DNA from: Magallana gigas | Taxonomy: Eukaryota | Length of the DNA: 64,000 nucleotides | Assembly (NCBI RefSeq): GCF_963853765.1 | Contig: NC_088862.1 | Span: forward strand, 3,224,001 to 3,288,000 | Direction of reading: 5' to 3' | Shown here: piece after piece, positions 1 through 12,009 of the stretch | Position numbering within the stretch: the stretch's first letter is position 1 | Layout: each line of letters begins with the position of its first letter | Made by a program: the position numbers and the translations under genes | The notes under the pieces: generated by a model | What the model saw: the letters and a program-made list of their open reading frames with translations, nothing else | What the model was told of the DNA's origin: nothing | Databases searched by the model: none

Positions 1-1161
1 CCCCTGTAGTCTGATCACTGTCTGTATCTGTGTATTCTTCACTAAGTTCACAGTTCTATCATTGTGATCAGTATAAACGAGATCCCCACTTTTTGTCACT
101 GCTATGTCCCATGGCCGTTTTCTTGACTTGGTTACGACTGACTTCTCTATTTCCCCCTGCAGGTTGTAGAGTCTCATCATATTGTCAAGTCCACACGTCC
201 AGATATCATCACCCGCACATGAGACACTGTGTAATCGATTAGATCCTCCATACACAGTCCTTATATCTCCGATGACCCTTGGTACATCAATGAGCCGTCT
301 GTCCGTGGGAAAGGACTCCGCACCTGGAGAATCCACTGTGTAGCCGCTTTTTTCCGTTTTAATAGATAATCTTGACAGAGAACCAAACTGTTGTTGAAGC
401 TGTTCTTTGTTAATCTTCGGAGGGTTGAAATTTGGTAAGGTAGCAGTTATTTTAGGAGGCAGTCTTCTGAATTTAACATTTCTGGATTTGTAGGCAGAGA
501 CGAGGCTGACATTATTAGAATCCAGTAATTTCTTCAGGTCAGCAATGCACTGTTTGATTTCGGAAATTGTGCATTTGACTTCATTTTCCTGTTTATTTAA
601 GACGATCAGGTGTTTGGAGTCCATTTCAGCAAGGTCTGATTTCAGTTTCTTGATAATGGTGTCTATTTCTCTGTGTAAATCTTCTTCATGTTTGTCAATA
701 GCTGTTGTAATATTTTTCGAGTTTTCTTTCAGATCAGCTTTCTGAACTGGGATGATAGATGCAATCTCTTGATATTTTGGATAAATTGATTTTTCTAGTT
801 CCTGCAAATCTCTCCGCATGATTTTTTTCCGGTTCTCCAGGGTTTCCACTCTGTCAATAAAATCATGACCTCTGTGTTCTTTAGAAGAAACACACTGCAT
901 ACAAATAGGTATGTCGCATTGTTCACAATAGAGCTCACATATTTTTGGAGAATGTTTTTGACATTTAGTAGTTGATCCACGCTTTTCTATTGGCACCACT
1001 TTGTGTTCTATGGATAGATCTGAGAGATGTTTCCCCACACATAGACTACACAGATAGTTATTACAAATATCACAGTACATACACTCTGTAGGGGGACCGG
1101 GGTCTCACAGAGATCACACCGTAACACATCCTGGGCCCAATTACCCGTGGCCGGGGTCCAT
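1..1161 (-). CDS. TRIM-like B-box/coiled-coil/NHL protein, copy 1 (partial, runs off window start; start codon out of frame)
   Basis: Manual translation gives an open frame from the splice acceptor at 1193 to base 1 ([28 protein letters not shown]...[21 protein letters not shown]...[15 protein letters not shown]), colinear with copies 2 and 3. The ATG at 1161 homologous to the paralog starts reads MDPGHG* because of 4 extra nt. Intron 1194-1698 (GTAAGT...AG) precedes it. Confidence 0.85.
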
Positions 1162-1762
1162 GCTAAAACACCTTGACGGATTTCAGGAGAATTCTGTTAA
1201 GGAAGAAACAATTTATATGTTTATTCTTTAGAAATAAATTATGTTAATGCATTGTCTTAATGATTAAAGGGACTTAGACACGATTTGACTAAACATTTTC
1301 AAATTTTATATTTCCTTTTTCAATGTTTATAATGATAAATATTAGAAGTTTATAATGTTATGAAAATTGCGCGAATTCGGGAGGGGGGTTGGGGGTTGTC
1401 GAGATATAATGTTGTTTGGGAGGAGGGATGTGTCGAACTTATTTTCGGTAACTTAACCATGTGAATTCATTAAACGTTAGTGCTTAAAGAGGGGATCCAA
1501 ACCTTCTATTCTTTTAGATAAGTGCTTGTGAAATGTTTGTGAATTCTTGAAAAAATTTCGCAATAAACTTTACAAGTTCACGTTCTTGATTTGAACTTTG
1601 CAAGATGGCAAGATTTGAACATCTTTGCTTATTTTAACTTCATTCTTCCCTTACAGATCAATCAGACGATCTCTGTGATAGGCTTTACATGTACTTACCA
1701 CATATTTATCTGTTGTGCACCTGTTTAAACTTCATAAACAAAACACATCCATTTATTAATTG

Positions 1763-1830
1763 AACATGGCGATCTTTGCAGATAATTATACTTCCTGGTC
1801 TGGCTTGAGCATCACGTGATTGATTTACAT
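1763..1830 (-). promoter_or_regulatory. TRIM copy 1 core promoter / first non-coding exon with YY1, ETS and E-box motifs
   Basis: AACATGGCG (YY1-type) 1763-1771, ACTTCCTG (ETS) 1790-1797 and TCACGTGA (E-box) 1812-1819. All three are conserved in the three paralogs, just upstream of a GTAAGT donor at 1698. Confidence 0.6.
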
Positions 1831-2366
1831 AGCTGTGGTGGATTTAAAAGGGGCGCTCTGGCCTTCATAAAAGGCCCCTCTCAACCCTAAACTCATTCCA
1901 ATATTTTATATGTATTCAAACATTTTGAATTTAAGGTGGTATGGGCCACTTTGAAAATCAATGTTGAGGAAAGTATAGATTATAATTATTGCATCGATGT
2001 TTTTTGAAATTGTATAATAATTGGCAGTAAGGTACACACATGTACATTTTGAATAAAGGTAGAAACTGGTTTTGAAATGTTATGTTTTTTCTGTATGTCA
2101 GTCTGCGTGTCTTTGGTTATTATTCTAATAATAAACATCGAATGCGTTCTCGTTGCAACTTTCGATTGGTAGATGGTGATTGCTTGTTTGGAATCTTCAA
2201 GAAACGTAATTGCATCTTTTCTGATGATATATTAATATGACTCTCAATATGGCGAGAGGCGATTCCAAGCAAACAATCATTTTATTTTGGCCTAATCCAA
2301 GGCTTTGTGTGACGATTGAAGAATTTGCTTGAAGTTAAGTTAAGTTAAGTTATCAATGTATAAGTT

Positions 2367-3007
2367 GTACATTTAACAATTTATTTAATATTGGTAGAGA
2401 AAATTGGAAAGATATTTATGAAAGAAGGGTTAAGAACATGTATGACAAAAGACTTTGTGAATCTAATTATAAGTTTTTAAATAATATTTTGAATTGTAAT
2501 TCCTTTCAATACAAATGTAAATCAAGGTCTAATGCAAAATGTGAATTCTGTCCGTGTGAAAAGGAGGACATTAAGCACCTTTTATTTGATTGTCTATCTG
2601 TACAAAGATTGTGGCAAAAATTGAATAGGATTTTGAATCTTGATGTATGCTGGAAACACATCACTATAGGATTTTATTTAGAAAAAAATTCAAAAACTGT
2701 ATTTTTAAATACAATTATATCATATGTATCATATGTGATTTATAAATATAAAATGACATGTAGAATGAAAGAAAATTTTCAATCATGTAACACGCTTTTG
2801 AATTTTTTCAAAAGGTCTCTCTCCAAAGAAATGGACTTGATTTTGATTTTTCAAAAACAAAAATATATAGAGGTAAAATATTAGAACTTATTCGATTGTT
2901 ATAATCTGTTTATTAGTTAAGATTTAACTGCTTGTCCTGACCTGGGGCAATCAGATATTGTAAAGGGTTGCATATTTCTGAATAAAATATATAATTAAAA
3001 AGAAAAT
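2367..3007 (+). mobile_element. 5'-truncated non-LTR retrotransposon (L1/Tx1-like ORF2 C-terminus plus 3' tail)
   Basis: ORF 2438-2884 contains the CCHC motif CEFCPCEKEDIKHLLFDC..V..LW typical of the zinc finger after LINE RT. It is followed by AATAAA and an A-rich tail. The segment is absent from the homologous flank of copy 3 (about 27650-27670). Confidence 0.75.
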
Positions 3008-3116
3008 TAAACATTTACTTTCAGTCGTTTTAGTTTAATCAATCCAAAATTTCGATAAACCAGAGATAATATTTTTGATGTAATTCTGCATGAGTGCAAC
3101 AAAAATGAATATAAAG

Positions 3117-5113
3117 GGGTGCAGGAACAAGCTACAGTGAAGATGGTTCCGGATCTTCCACCCGACTCCTCCAAGTCCCTGGAAGATGTGCAGCGGTCCA
3201 TGCAGACACGGCTTACTGGGTCAGCAACAGTCGCTATAGCAGCCAGCCAGATGACAGCGCAACTCTCATCAAGGACAAGCCAGACATCAGTGAACGGGAA
3301 CTGTGTAAGGAGATCATTGAGATCTACTTCAGCGAGATGGAAAGCGACAGCTCTCTCTCTCCTTCCCTTGTCTGGAGAACTCTCTGGATGGCGAAGATTC
3401 CACTTCCTCCTCTTCCAGCTCTGGGGATTCAACATGTCTTCCACGCACACTGGAGACGAATCTAGACAACTTCTCTACGGCTGCCAAAAGCTTCAGAGGC
3501 CCACACCCGCAAAATCAGCAGTGGTAAGTTATACTGTAGTGTAAACTAAAAACACTGTGATGCTAAAAACATTTGTAAAATTGTAGAATTCAGCAGGCGA
3601 TTCAAAATTCAGAATTTGGATGCAGGGATTTTCTGACTCACCAACAGTGTTAAACTTTTGAAATTTATTTATACAACAGCTCATACATTTTTTTTTCAAT
3701 TTTTGATAAACCATCCTATAATATCCAATTGTAAGGACCTGAGCCTCATTCCAAAAATCCAGGGATGGTTGCTTAAAACATTTCTATTTTGCTATGATTA
3801 TTTCAATATGATTTTAAGTATTTTTTTCTGTTTACACCTAAGGTGACCAAGACTGTATCCACTGTAAAGAGCAGATCCGACCCCCACAGAGCGGCCATGA
3901 CCAACAGTCAGAGGGAAGGCGGACTGTGCTGTAAGGATAAACCCGTCCCCAAACTGGTAAGTCACCCAGGGGCTTACAAGCAAGACATGTGTAAAACGTA
4001 TTTGGCGTCTGACTACTAGGCTTGCAATAAGAAACTAAAAATAATTCAATGTGCAACCTTCACCACTACAAATGATATATAACGGCAAAAAAAACCCCCC
4101 AAAACTGTTTGGAATTATTTTAAGAGTCTTTTCAAACAACTAATTTATTAATTCACTCCAAAAAATATATGGCCTGGTGTTTGATATTTTATTATAGTGA
4201 GCATATTTTTAATATTTCTCTCTTTTTCCTTTTAGTCTGAGCACGAAGTGGACACCATTACAAAGCTACACACCATCTGCAACGAGCAGCGAGTGGTGCA
4301 GAACCTTAACATGCCAGAGTCTCCCATGGTCCACTTTCCTCGTAAGTATACACACACAATACAAATATTACAAAATACATCTATCAGTATAATAATAACT
4401 ATAAGTATTGTAGTCAATGATAAAGTAGAAATCATCAATCTGAGAAGTAATGAATATCTACATGTCAAGAACAATTGACACATTGTTCGTGTATAAACAG
4501 TGTAAACAAAGAGTTAACCTGTGTATGTTTGTGATTATTTCAGCTCCAAAGCGCGCCAGTCGGATCATCTGGAACCCGGATCTGGAGGACGACTCCCTGA
4601 ACCACCACTACCCCCGTCACACCCCCACCAAGCTCCGCTCTGTGCTCAGACAGGTAACCACCTCCATACTGACCATATAGTTATATAGTGTAACACTGTG
4701 TGCATTGGACACAGGAGTGTTGGTCTCATTCACTCCTATACATTTGTGTTTAATAAACACTGTATATCCCTTAAAGACGTTAAGAATCAAATATACAATT
4801 TTTTAAAAGTGTTCATAGATGCAAATGACCTCTATCTTGTATACACATATATATAATGTACATGTAATAATGGCACATCCACTCAAATGCATTTGTTTAT
4901 ATCTATCAGTCCAAGATGTTAATAGTAATCAAAATATACCCTCCAGTAAGATTAAATATAGAAGCAAGTATTTAATGGTGTATGTGTTTTGTGTTACAGA
5001 GACCCGAGGACTTCACCTTTCCTTTCGTTGAGGACAAGCCCTCCCCCATTGTCATCACCAGAGTCAGGAGGAGTAAGTCCATGTCCCGGGCCTCAAAGGA
5101 GTGGCCATGGTAA
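3117..5113 (+). pseudogene. Decayed 3' fragment (5 exons) of an unidentified Ser-rich protein gene, copy 1
   Basis: Exons about 3117-3523, 3838-3956, 4236-4341, 4544-4653 and 5000-5113, ending ...RSKSMSRASKEWPW*. Phases are consistent. It has a 1-nt deletion versus copy 2 (ATGCAGACACGG vs ATGCAGAACACGG) and the acceptor at 3836-3837 is mutated AG>AC. Confidence 0.75.
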
Positions 5114-6682
5114 CAAGCTACCCAGGGTGTGGAAGCCATCAGAGAGAGACTTTATTGTCGCTAGTATAGGAATCTCACCAACTGTATTGATAAATATTTG
5201 GTTAAGTCTGAAGACTTAAGAGGACATTTTACTACCAGGGTATTAATTTGTGCCAATTCAGTGACCGCCTTTTATGGCTCGGGAAATGTTTGTTTTCGTT
5301 TATCGTGTACTCTCCGAGAAGAAAATGAAATCGCGAAAGGATTGGACATTTGTGAAATAAAATGCTCCAAGAAAAGACTTTGTTATATGGTTTTTGCTTG
5401 TTTTTATTTTTTATCCATTTATATCTGTATGTTTGCAATATGTTGCACAATTTTATCCAATGTATGGTGAACATTTTTTGTTTTATTTTTGTTGTTTTTA
5501 TTGAACGCACATTGCTTTTAATGATCACGAATTGTGTCAATTTTGTGAGAAAACTGAGAAATTGGAATAAGTTTGTCGTTTTTGATACAAATGAAGACTT
5601 TGTAAGCTGTGTGTATATGTGATGTTCTGAGAAGGTCAATTTTTTATTCATGACAGATCTCATTTAATGTAGTATAGACAGATAGTTGTATAGTGTAGGT
5701 GTGTATATTTTGTAGTGTTGTAGCCCCTGTTTATTTGTACTCTCTATTATTATAACCCGGTATCTCTCAGCCCCAGTATTTTGTCACCCCCTTGCCTTGA
5801 TGGATTGTAATGTCTCAGGTTTATCTCACACACTCTCTATTGTGAGACTTTTTACAGCAATGTTGTGCAACATATTTATTTTCTAACCCTGACTCAGATC
5901 TTCTGTGTGGACGTACTAACCTCCCCCTCCACTGTAACATAACTCGGTTTTTATTACTTCTAGTTAAGATCAAACTTAGTCTATTTGTACATAAAACAAT
6001 CAAGTCAACATTTGTAAATAGACCAATCATGCCAACAACCATTTTATGTTTGTGATTTTGTTTTAATTGACAGAAGAATGTTCAAGAGGAATTATCACCA
6101 GATTGTCAAGGATATTCAACAATCAGTGAAAGAGTAAAAATAAGATGTACAGTGTTACAATATGTTATCAAATTTTAAAGACTTTTATCAGTTAATAGTT
6201 CGAGTTAGATATGTGACTCTACCACTCATTCCACAGACTGTTTTTTACCCTGTTTGATTGTTTGATTGACACACAAAATACAACAGAATTTGGGGTCATT
6301 GAAATTTCATAAGTTAATAGAGATAAAGGGTGGTTAAAGTGGCAAAGTCACATAAAATATTTAAATTTTTTTGTTTCAGTTATATGATTTTTTTTCTATT
6401 TGGAGAAATAGTTTCAATGGAAAATATATTCCATGACTTATCAGTAAGTATTGAACTACAATTTGAATGCAAGTAAAATGAAAATTCAAAATGTTCAAAC
6501 TCCAGAAAAGTCTGGTAATACACCCCAAGTAACAGTTTGAAATGTAAATAAAGGAGAAATATCTATCAAGGAAAATTACCTGAAGCCAAGGAAAGCCGCA
6601 TTTGTCCTAATACTAGAAATGAATATTGCAAAGTTAATCAAAGTGTGACTTTGAGAAATTTAAAGTCGATTATAAATTTATC

Positions 6683-6839
6683 ATTATAACAGTAACTTGA
6701 TCAAAAGAGCCGGATCACGTTTTGTTGCCAGGTGCAGATCATTAGATCAAACTCGGCACTTTGCGTCTCATTTGATCTGATAATCTGCGTCTGGCAACTC
6801 GATGTGACCCGACCCTTTGGATCAAGTTACTGTTATAAT
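6683..6839. mobile_element. Palindromic non-autonomous element (about 70-bp imperfect arms)
   Basis: ATTATAACAGTAACTTGATC...AGATCAAA is inverted by TTTGATCT...GATCAAGTTACTGTTATAAT around a 19-nt loop. Confidence 0.65.
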
Positions 6840-7140
6840 CATATATATGTATAATGCACATTTGATCATTTAAAACTTTCATTTATTTAATTGTATCTAC
6901 ATAATAAATAAAATTTTACAGATATTTAAAAAAGTATACAATGTACAGTATACATCTTCTTTGCATAGGACAGATTTTATTTACATTCATTATTTGAAAC
7001 AATCTGTTAAATTAACACAAACAATATACCGGTACAATCATTATTAACATGATCCACCGTGATCCAGTATATCATGTTTGATATGTAAGCACATTAACTT
7101 TCCATGGTCTTTTTGATGTCGAGATGATAACAGAGTGTGT

Positions 7141-8808
7141 TTACATTAGATACTGGATTTTTTTTACTTTACACGTGCTGTTCTCGGCCACAAAGAGGTT
7201 GTCTTTGGTGTCCACGCATAAACCCCATGGCGTCTTTAAATCACAGTTGTTGATGTAGCAGAGGAACTGTCCGTCCTGATCCAGAATGTGGATACAGTTC
7301 GGATAGTTGGCTGCCGTCAGGATCCGACTCTGGCTATCTGTAGTGATGCCGCGTGGGAAAAATGATCCCTTGGTAGTAGATGAAAGACCTTTGTAGGTAA
7401 ACCGAGGTTTCCCGAACTGATTGACCACAACTACTGCACAAGCGTCAGTGTCAGACACACAGATGTCTAGGTTCCTGTTCTCACTAATATATTTAAATAT
7501 ACCAGATGAATAGAGAGGTTGTCCTGTGACATTAAACTGAATATTTTGCTTCTCTGTGAAGCCCGTGTAACGCACAACTTTTGCTTGTTTATCATCACTG
7601 TCCATGACAACCAGGAGGTCATCAGAGGAAGTACAACAGACACTGCTAGGTTTCCACCCCTGTAGTCTGATCACTGTCTGTATCTGTGTATTCTTCACTG
7701 TATTCACAGTTCTATTGCTGTAATCAGTATAAACTAGATCCTGACTCCTTGTCACTGCTATGTCCCATGGAACTATCCCAGACTTAGTTTGGACTAGTTC
7801 CCCTTGCAGGTTGTACAGTCTCACTGTGTTGCCACTACCACACATCCAGATATCATCATCACTGAGACAAGAGACACTGCGTAAAAGACAAAGTTCACCG
7901 TTTCCATACATAGTGTTTATCTCTGTGGTGATCCTTGGTAAATCAATGAGCGGTCTGTCCGGGGGTGAGGACATAGCATCTGGAAAATCCATTGTGTAGC
8001 CATGTTCTTCTGTTTTGATAGATAACTCTGACAAAGAACCAAACTGTTGATTAAGCTGTTCTATGTTGGTCTCCCGAGGGGTAAAACTTGGCAAGGTAGC
8101 TGTGAGTTTAGGAGGCAATTTTTTAAATTCAACATTTCTTGATTTGTAGGCAGAGACAAGGCTGACATCATTAGAGTTCCGTAACTTCTTCAGCTGAGCA
8201 ATGCTCTTTTTGATTTCAGAAATTGTGTGCTTGACTTCATCTTCCTGTTTATTTAGGATAACTTGATATTTGGAGGCCATTTCACCAATATCTGTTTTCA
8301 GTTTCTTGACCATAGTGTCTATTTCTCTGCGCAAGTCTTCTCCATGTTTGTCAATAGCAGCTGTCAATTTTTGGGAGTTTTCATTCAGATCAGCTCTCTG
8401 AACTTGGATGATGGATGCAATTCCCTGATATTTGGGATAAATGGATTTCTCTAGTTCTTGTAAATCTCTAAGTAAGATTCCTCTTTGATTTTCTAGTGTT
8501 TCCACTATGTCATTAAAATCATGACCTTTGTGTTCCTTTGAAACACACAGCACACAAATAGGAACGTCGCATTGTTTACAATAAAGTTCACATATTTTGG
8601 AATAATGTTTTTGACATTTAGTAGTTGATCCACGCTTTTTGAATGGCACTACTTTGTGTTCTGTGGATTCGTCTGAGAGATGTTTCCCCACACATAGGCT
8701 ACACAAATAGTTGTCACAAATATCACAACACATACACTCTATAGGGGGGACCGGGGTCTCACACAGATCACACCGTAACACATCCTGGGCACTACGCTTG
8801 GGGTCCAT
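7141..8808 (-). CDS. TRIM-like B-box/coiled-coil/NHL-repeat protein, copy 2 (555 aa, no RING)
   Basis: Intact single-exon ORF with two B-boxes (CDLC...CDIC...CSLC...H; CQKH...C..C...C..C...H..H), a heptad-rich middle and NHL-type blades ([30 protein letters not shown]). 5' UTR intron 8842-9267. Confidence 0.95.
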   Translation of the reverse strand: MDPKRSAQDVLRCDLCETPVPPIECMCCDICDNYLCSLCVGKHLSDESTEHKVVPFKKRGSTTKCQKHYSKICELYCKQCDVPICVLCVSKEHKGHDFNDIVETLENQRGILLRDLQELEKSIYPKYQGIASIIQVQRADLNENSQKLTAAIDKHGEDLRREIDTMVKKLKTDIGEMASKYQVILNKQEDEVKHTISEIKKSIAQLKKLRNSNDVSLVSAYKSRNVEFKKLPPKLTATLPSFTPRETNIEQLNQQFGSLSELSIKTEEHGYTMDFPDAMSSPPDRPLIDLPRITTEINTMYGNGELCLLRSVSCLSDDDIWMCGSGNTVRLYNLQGELVQTKSGIVPWDIAVTRSQDLVYTDYSNRTVNTVKNTQIQTVIRLQGWKPSSVCCTSSDDLLVVMDSDDKQAKVVRYTGFTEKQNIQFNVTGQPLYSSGIFKYISENRNLDICVSDTDACAVVVVNQFGKPRFTYKGLSSTTKGSFFPRGITTDSQSRILTAANYPNCIHILDQDGQFLCYINNCDLKTPWGLCVDTKDNLFVAENSTCKVKKIQYLM

Positions 8809-9331
8809 GCTCAGACACCTTGACGGGTTGTTAGGAAAATTCTGTAAGAAAGGTAAAATCTATAAATTTAGTGATCATGTCAATAGAAATCAAATTATAT
8901 TGATAGAAGTCCCAATGGTTACCAGGTAATTAAAAATAAAAACAATTTTGTTTGAAACATGCGCGAATCTGGAAGGGGGGGGGGTTCGAGGTATAATTTT
9001 GTTGAAGGGGGGAACTTATTTTCGGCAGCTTAATTAACCATGAAAATTCATTAAGCGTTATGAAAGAGAGAATCCGTACCTTCTATCCCTCGCTTGTGAA
9101 ATGTTTGTGAGTTCTTGAAAAAAATTCCCATTAAACTTTACAAGTTCACGTTCCTAATTTTGACCTTTCCGAGATGGCAAGAATTCAACATCTTTGCTTA
9201 TATTCACTTTATTCGTTCCTTATAGATCAAACAGACGATCTCTGTGATAGGCTTTACATGTACTTACCACATATCTATCTGTTGTACACCTGTTTCAACT
9301 TCATAAACAAAACACACCCATCTATTAATTG

Positions 9332-9400
9332 AATATGGCGATCTTTGGTGGTAAATATACTTCCTGGTCTGGCTTGATCATCACGTGATTGATTTACATA
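9332..9400 (-). promoter_or_regulatory. TRIM copy 2 core promoter (YY1, ETS, E-box)
   Basis: AATATGGCG 9332-9340, ACTTCCTG 9359-9366, TCACGTGA 9381-9388; homologous to 1763-1830. Confidence 0.6.
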
Positions 9401-9419
9401 GCTGTGGTGGATTCAAAGG

Positions 9420-11233
9420 CCCCCAGATAGCAAGCTTACGTTGGCCCAACGTTGGCTTATGGTTGTAAGGTTGGCTACATATCGCTGTTGGTAGAACGAC
9501 GTTGGACCAACATTGGACCAACCTTGTATTTATCACTGTTGGTATCGTTCCAATATTGGATTTACGTAGTTCATCCAATGTTGGAACATAAACATTGTAC
9601 CAACGTTGGGCCAATATCAAATTGATCTCGGTGGGCGCGAATACACTGCACCAATGTCGGGCCAACGGACTAAAATGTGTGACATGTGTAAAATATAACG
9701 GTTACTATAAATATAAATGTATTCAAATTAATTTCAGACTTAGAATTTTAGTTAATTTTTTTTATAATGTACATGACTATATTATGTGTGTCCATCATGA
9801 AGCATTTTACTTGTCTACACTTTGAATGAAATGCAGCATCAATGCATAGTAACTTTTCTGCACTCGTGAATGAAACATTACCGCCAAAAGAACTGTGATG
9901 TCATTTTTGACAAATCCATCAGAGTAACTTGATCTTATGCTATCATCATGGCTGCCTGTAGGAATAATGTAAGTATGCAGATGTTCTTTTACAGATTTTT
10001 ATTATATATGGGTGATTATTATACAATAATGTCCTCAATACTTTTAAATGAAAATTTGAAAGCAAATTAAAGGCAATTTTTTTGTACAGACATCCTCCTG
10101 CTGATGTTCAAACTCGGTGACATGGCTTTCTCCTATATTATTTGTGAAGATGAATAGAACCATGCAGTTTATCGGCTCAAGTTAAGGAACATCTAAGGTA
10201 ACTGAATTTAATATTATGATAATATTCAATATTTAGGGTAGGAATTAAAGGCATAATTTTTTATCGATGATGTGAGATGATCAGAATATGTCATGGCAAA
10301 ATGATATAATTATCCTCAATGCAGCTTTATTAAATACTTCTCTCGTATGTTTGTATGATAAATCATCGGCATGATATGCTGATAATATTAGATCAGAAGC
10401 TATGGGTCTTGGGCGGATCTAAAGAAGGTCGGATATGTCCAGACACACCCCCGCGCCCCTGGCCTCCTCCCCGGAAAATTCAAATTGACTTATTCACAGT
10501 AAAAAAGCAGTAATGTTGAGAAAAAAATTCTGATACACATATTAAAACTGTGCACGGTAAAATAGACCCCCTTCCCGCAAACAAATTTATTTGTTTTAAA
10601 TCGTTATATATTGAGGATTTTTTCTGGTTTATTATTTTTATAATGTAAATGCAATTCTATTTATATCAATTTATTTTTTTCCATTTTATATGATTATTTT
10701 TTAAATTTACAGCAGCATTTTGCGGAAACGGGCTTTTGAAGTTATCAACAAGGTCAGAACTAGAGAACTAAACTGGAACTGAACTAAACATAGTGACCAA
10801 ACGCATTTACTGTGATTCGTTATTCATCTGATTGGGAAAGGGGATGAAAATAGGAGTAAAGAAAACAAATGAAGAAGATTGAAGGGATGTGGAAATATAT
10901 AGATCGACTATAAAAAACCATTTGAAAATTTGAATATTGATTATATTTCTGTGAGAAAACAATAAAGATTAGACTTACTGTTAATCTTTGTGAGATTGTT
11001 TTATAAGGACAAAGTTTGGGGAATATTGGTTGGATTAAATCGTTGCCCAAACATTGGGCCAACATTAAAACTGTCAATCTACTGACAATGGGCCAACGTC
11101 ACGTCAGCGTGTTGGTGCAATGCTGCGCCGATGAGCAAAATTACATTGGGCCGATGTTATTTTCCAACATCGGGCCCACCTAAATGATAACATCGGGCCA
11201 ACGCTGGGCCAATATAAGCTTGCTATCTGGGGG
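9420..11233. mobile_element. Non-autonomous TIR DNA transposon, CMC/EnSpm-like (about 1.8 kb)
   Basis: TIR CCCAGATAGCAAGCTTA ... TAAGCTTGCTATCTGGG, many subterminal TTGGCCCAAC/GGGCCAAC repeats at both ends, and a plausible GG TSD. Absent at the same site in copies 1 and 3. Confidence 0.8.
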
Positions 11234-11574
11234 GGGGGGGGGCGCTCTGGTCTTCATAAAAGGCCCCTGTCAGTCCTAAATTCGTTCCGATATTTTTTAA
11301 ATTTAAGGTGATATGGGTCACTTGAAAATCAATGTTGAGGAAAGTATACATTAAAATAATTAAATCAGTGTTTTCTGAAATTGTTTAATAATTGGCAGTA
11401 AGATACATGTATATTTTGAATAAAGGTAGAAACTGATTGTGAAATGTTATGTTTTCTCTGTACGTCCGTTTTTAAAAATTGCTTGTCTTTGTCCTAAAGT
11501 AAATAACCTCTTCAAACTCTGAATGTCCCTGGTACTTCTATCTATTTATTTCAATCTCAACACCACTGAACAAC

Positions 11575-12000
11575 ATTGACCCCCGCGAATAAAAATGATT
11601 CCACAGTAATCGTACCGGGTAGGATTCCCTCTATTTCTTAACGAAACTTATAAGTAATTCATACTTCTATACAAACAGTCAGACTGAAATCTACACGCCA
11701 CGTTTATCGATTGGTCGAAATCTAAAGCAGCTGAAACTGACAAGAAACGGACAAGACTGAAATTGACACGCCCTGTTTATCGATTGGTCGAAACCTACAG
11801 CGACCTAAGAAAAATCACGGACTGCACGAAATAATCATGATAATGTCCGACTCAAATTCCCATAGAACACGATTTGGCTGTTTCTTTTGGCTAACGTACC
11901 GATGTACATTAACAGTAATTGATTAAATTTTTACTTACTTTTTACAATCAATTTATTAATTTGTTAAAAGAATTAACGATATAAATATAAGAAATAAAAT
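11575..12000. mobile_element. Fragments of interspersed repeats (MITE end plus a CGATTGGTCGAAA-containing element)
   Basis: ATGATTCCACAGTA end matches the MITEs at 27870 and 35136. GTTTATCGATTGGTCGAAA occurs twice here and in reverse at about 36505-36560. Confidence 0.5.
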
Positions 12001-12009
12001 ACTTTCTTT

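Noticed and set aside
7760-8929. Plus-strand ORFs antisense to TRIM copies (also 30-745 and 24669-25847)
   Set aside because: Shadow ORFs of the coding strand, with starts and stops not conserved among the three paralogs.
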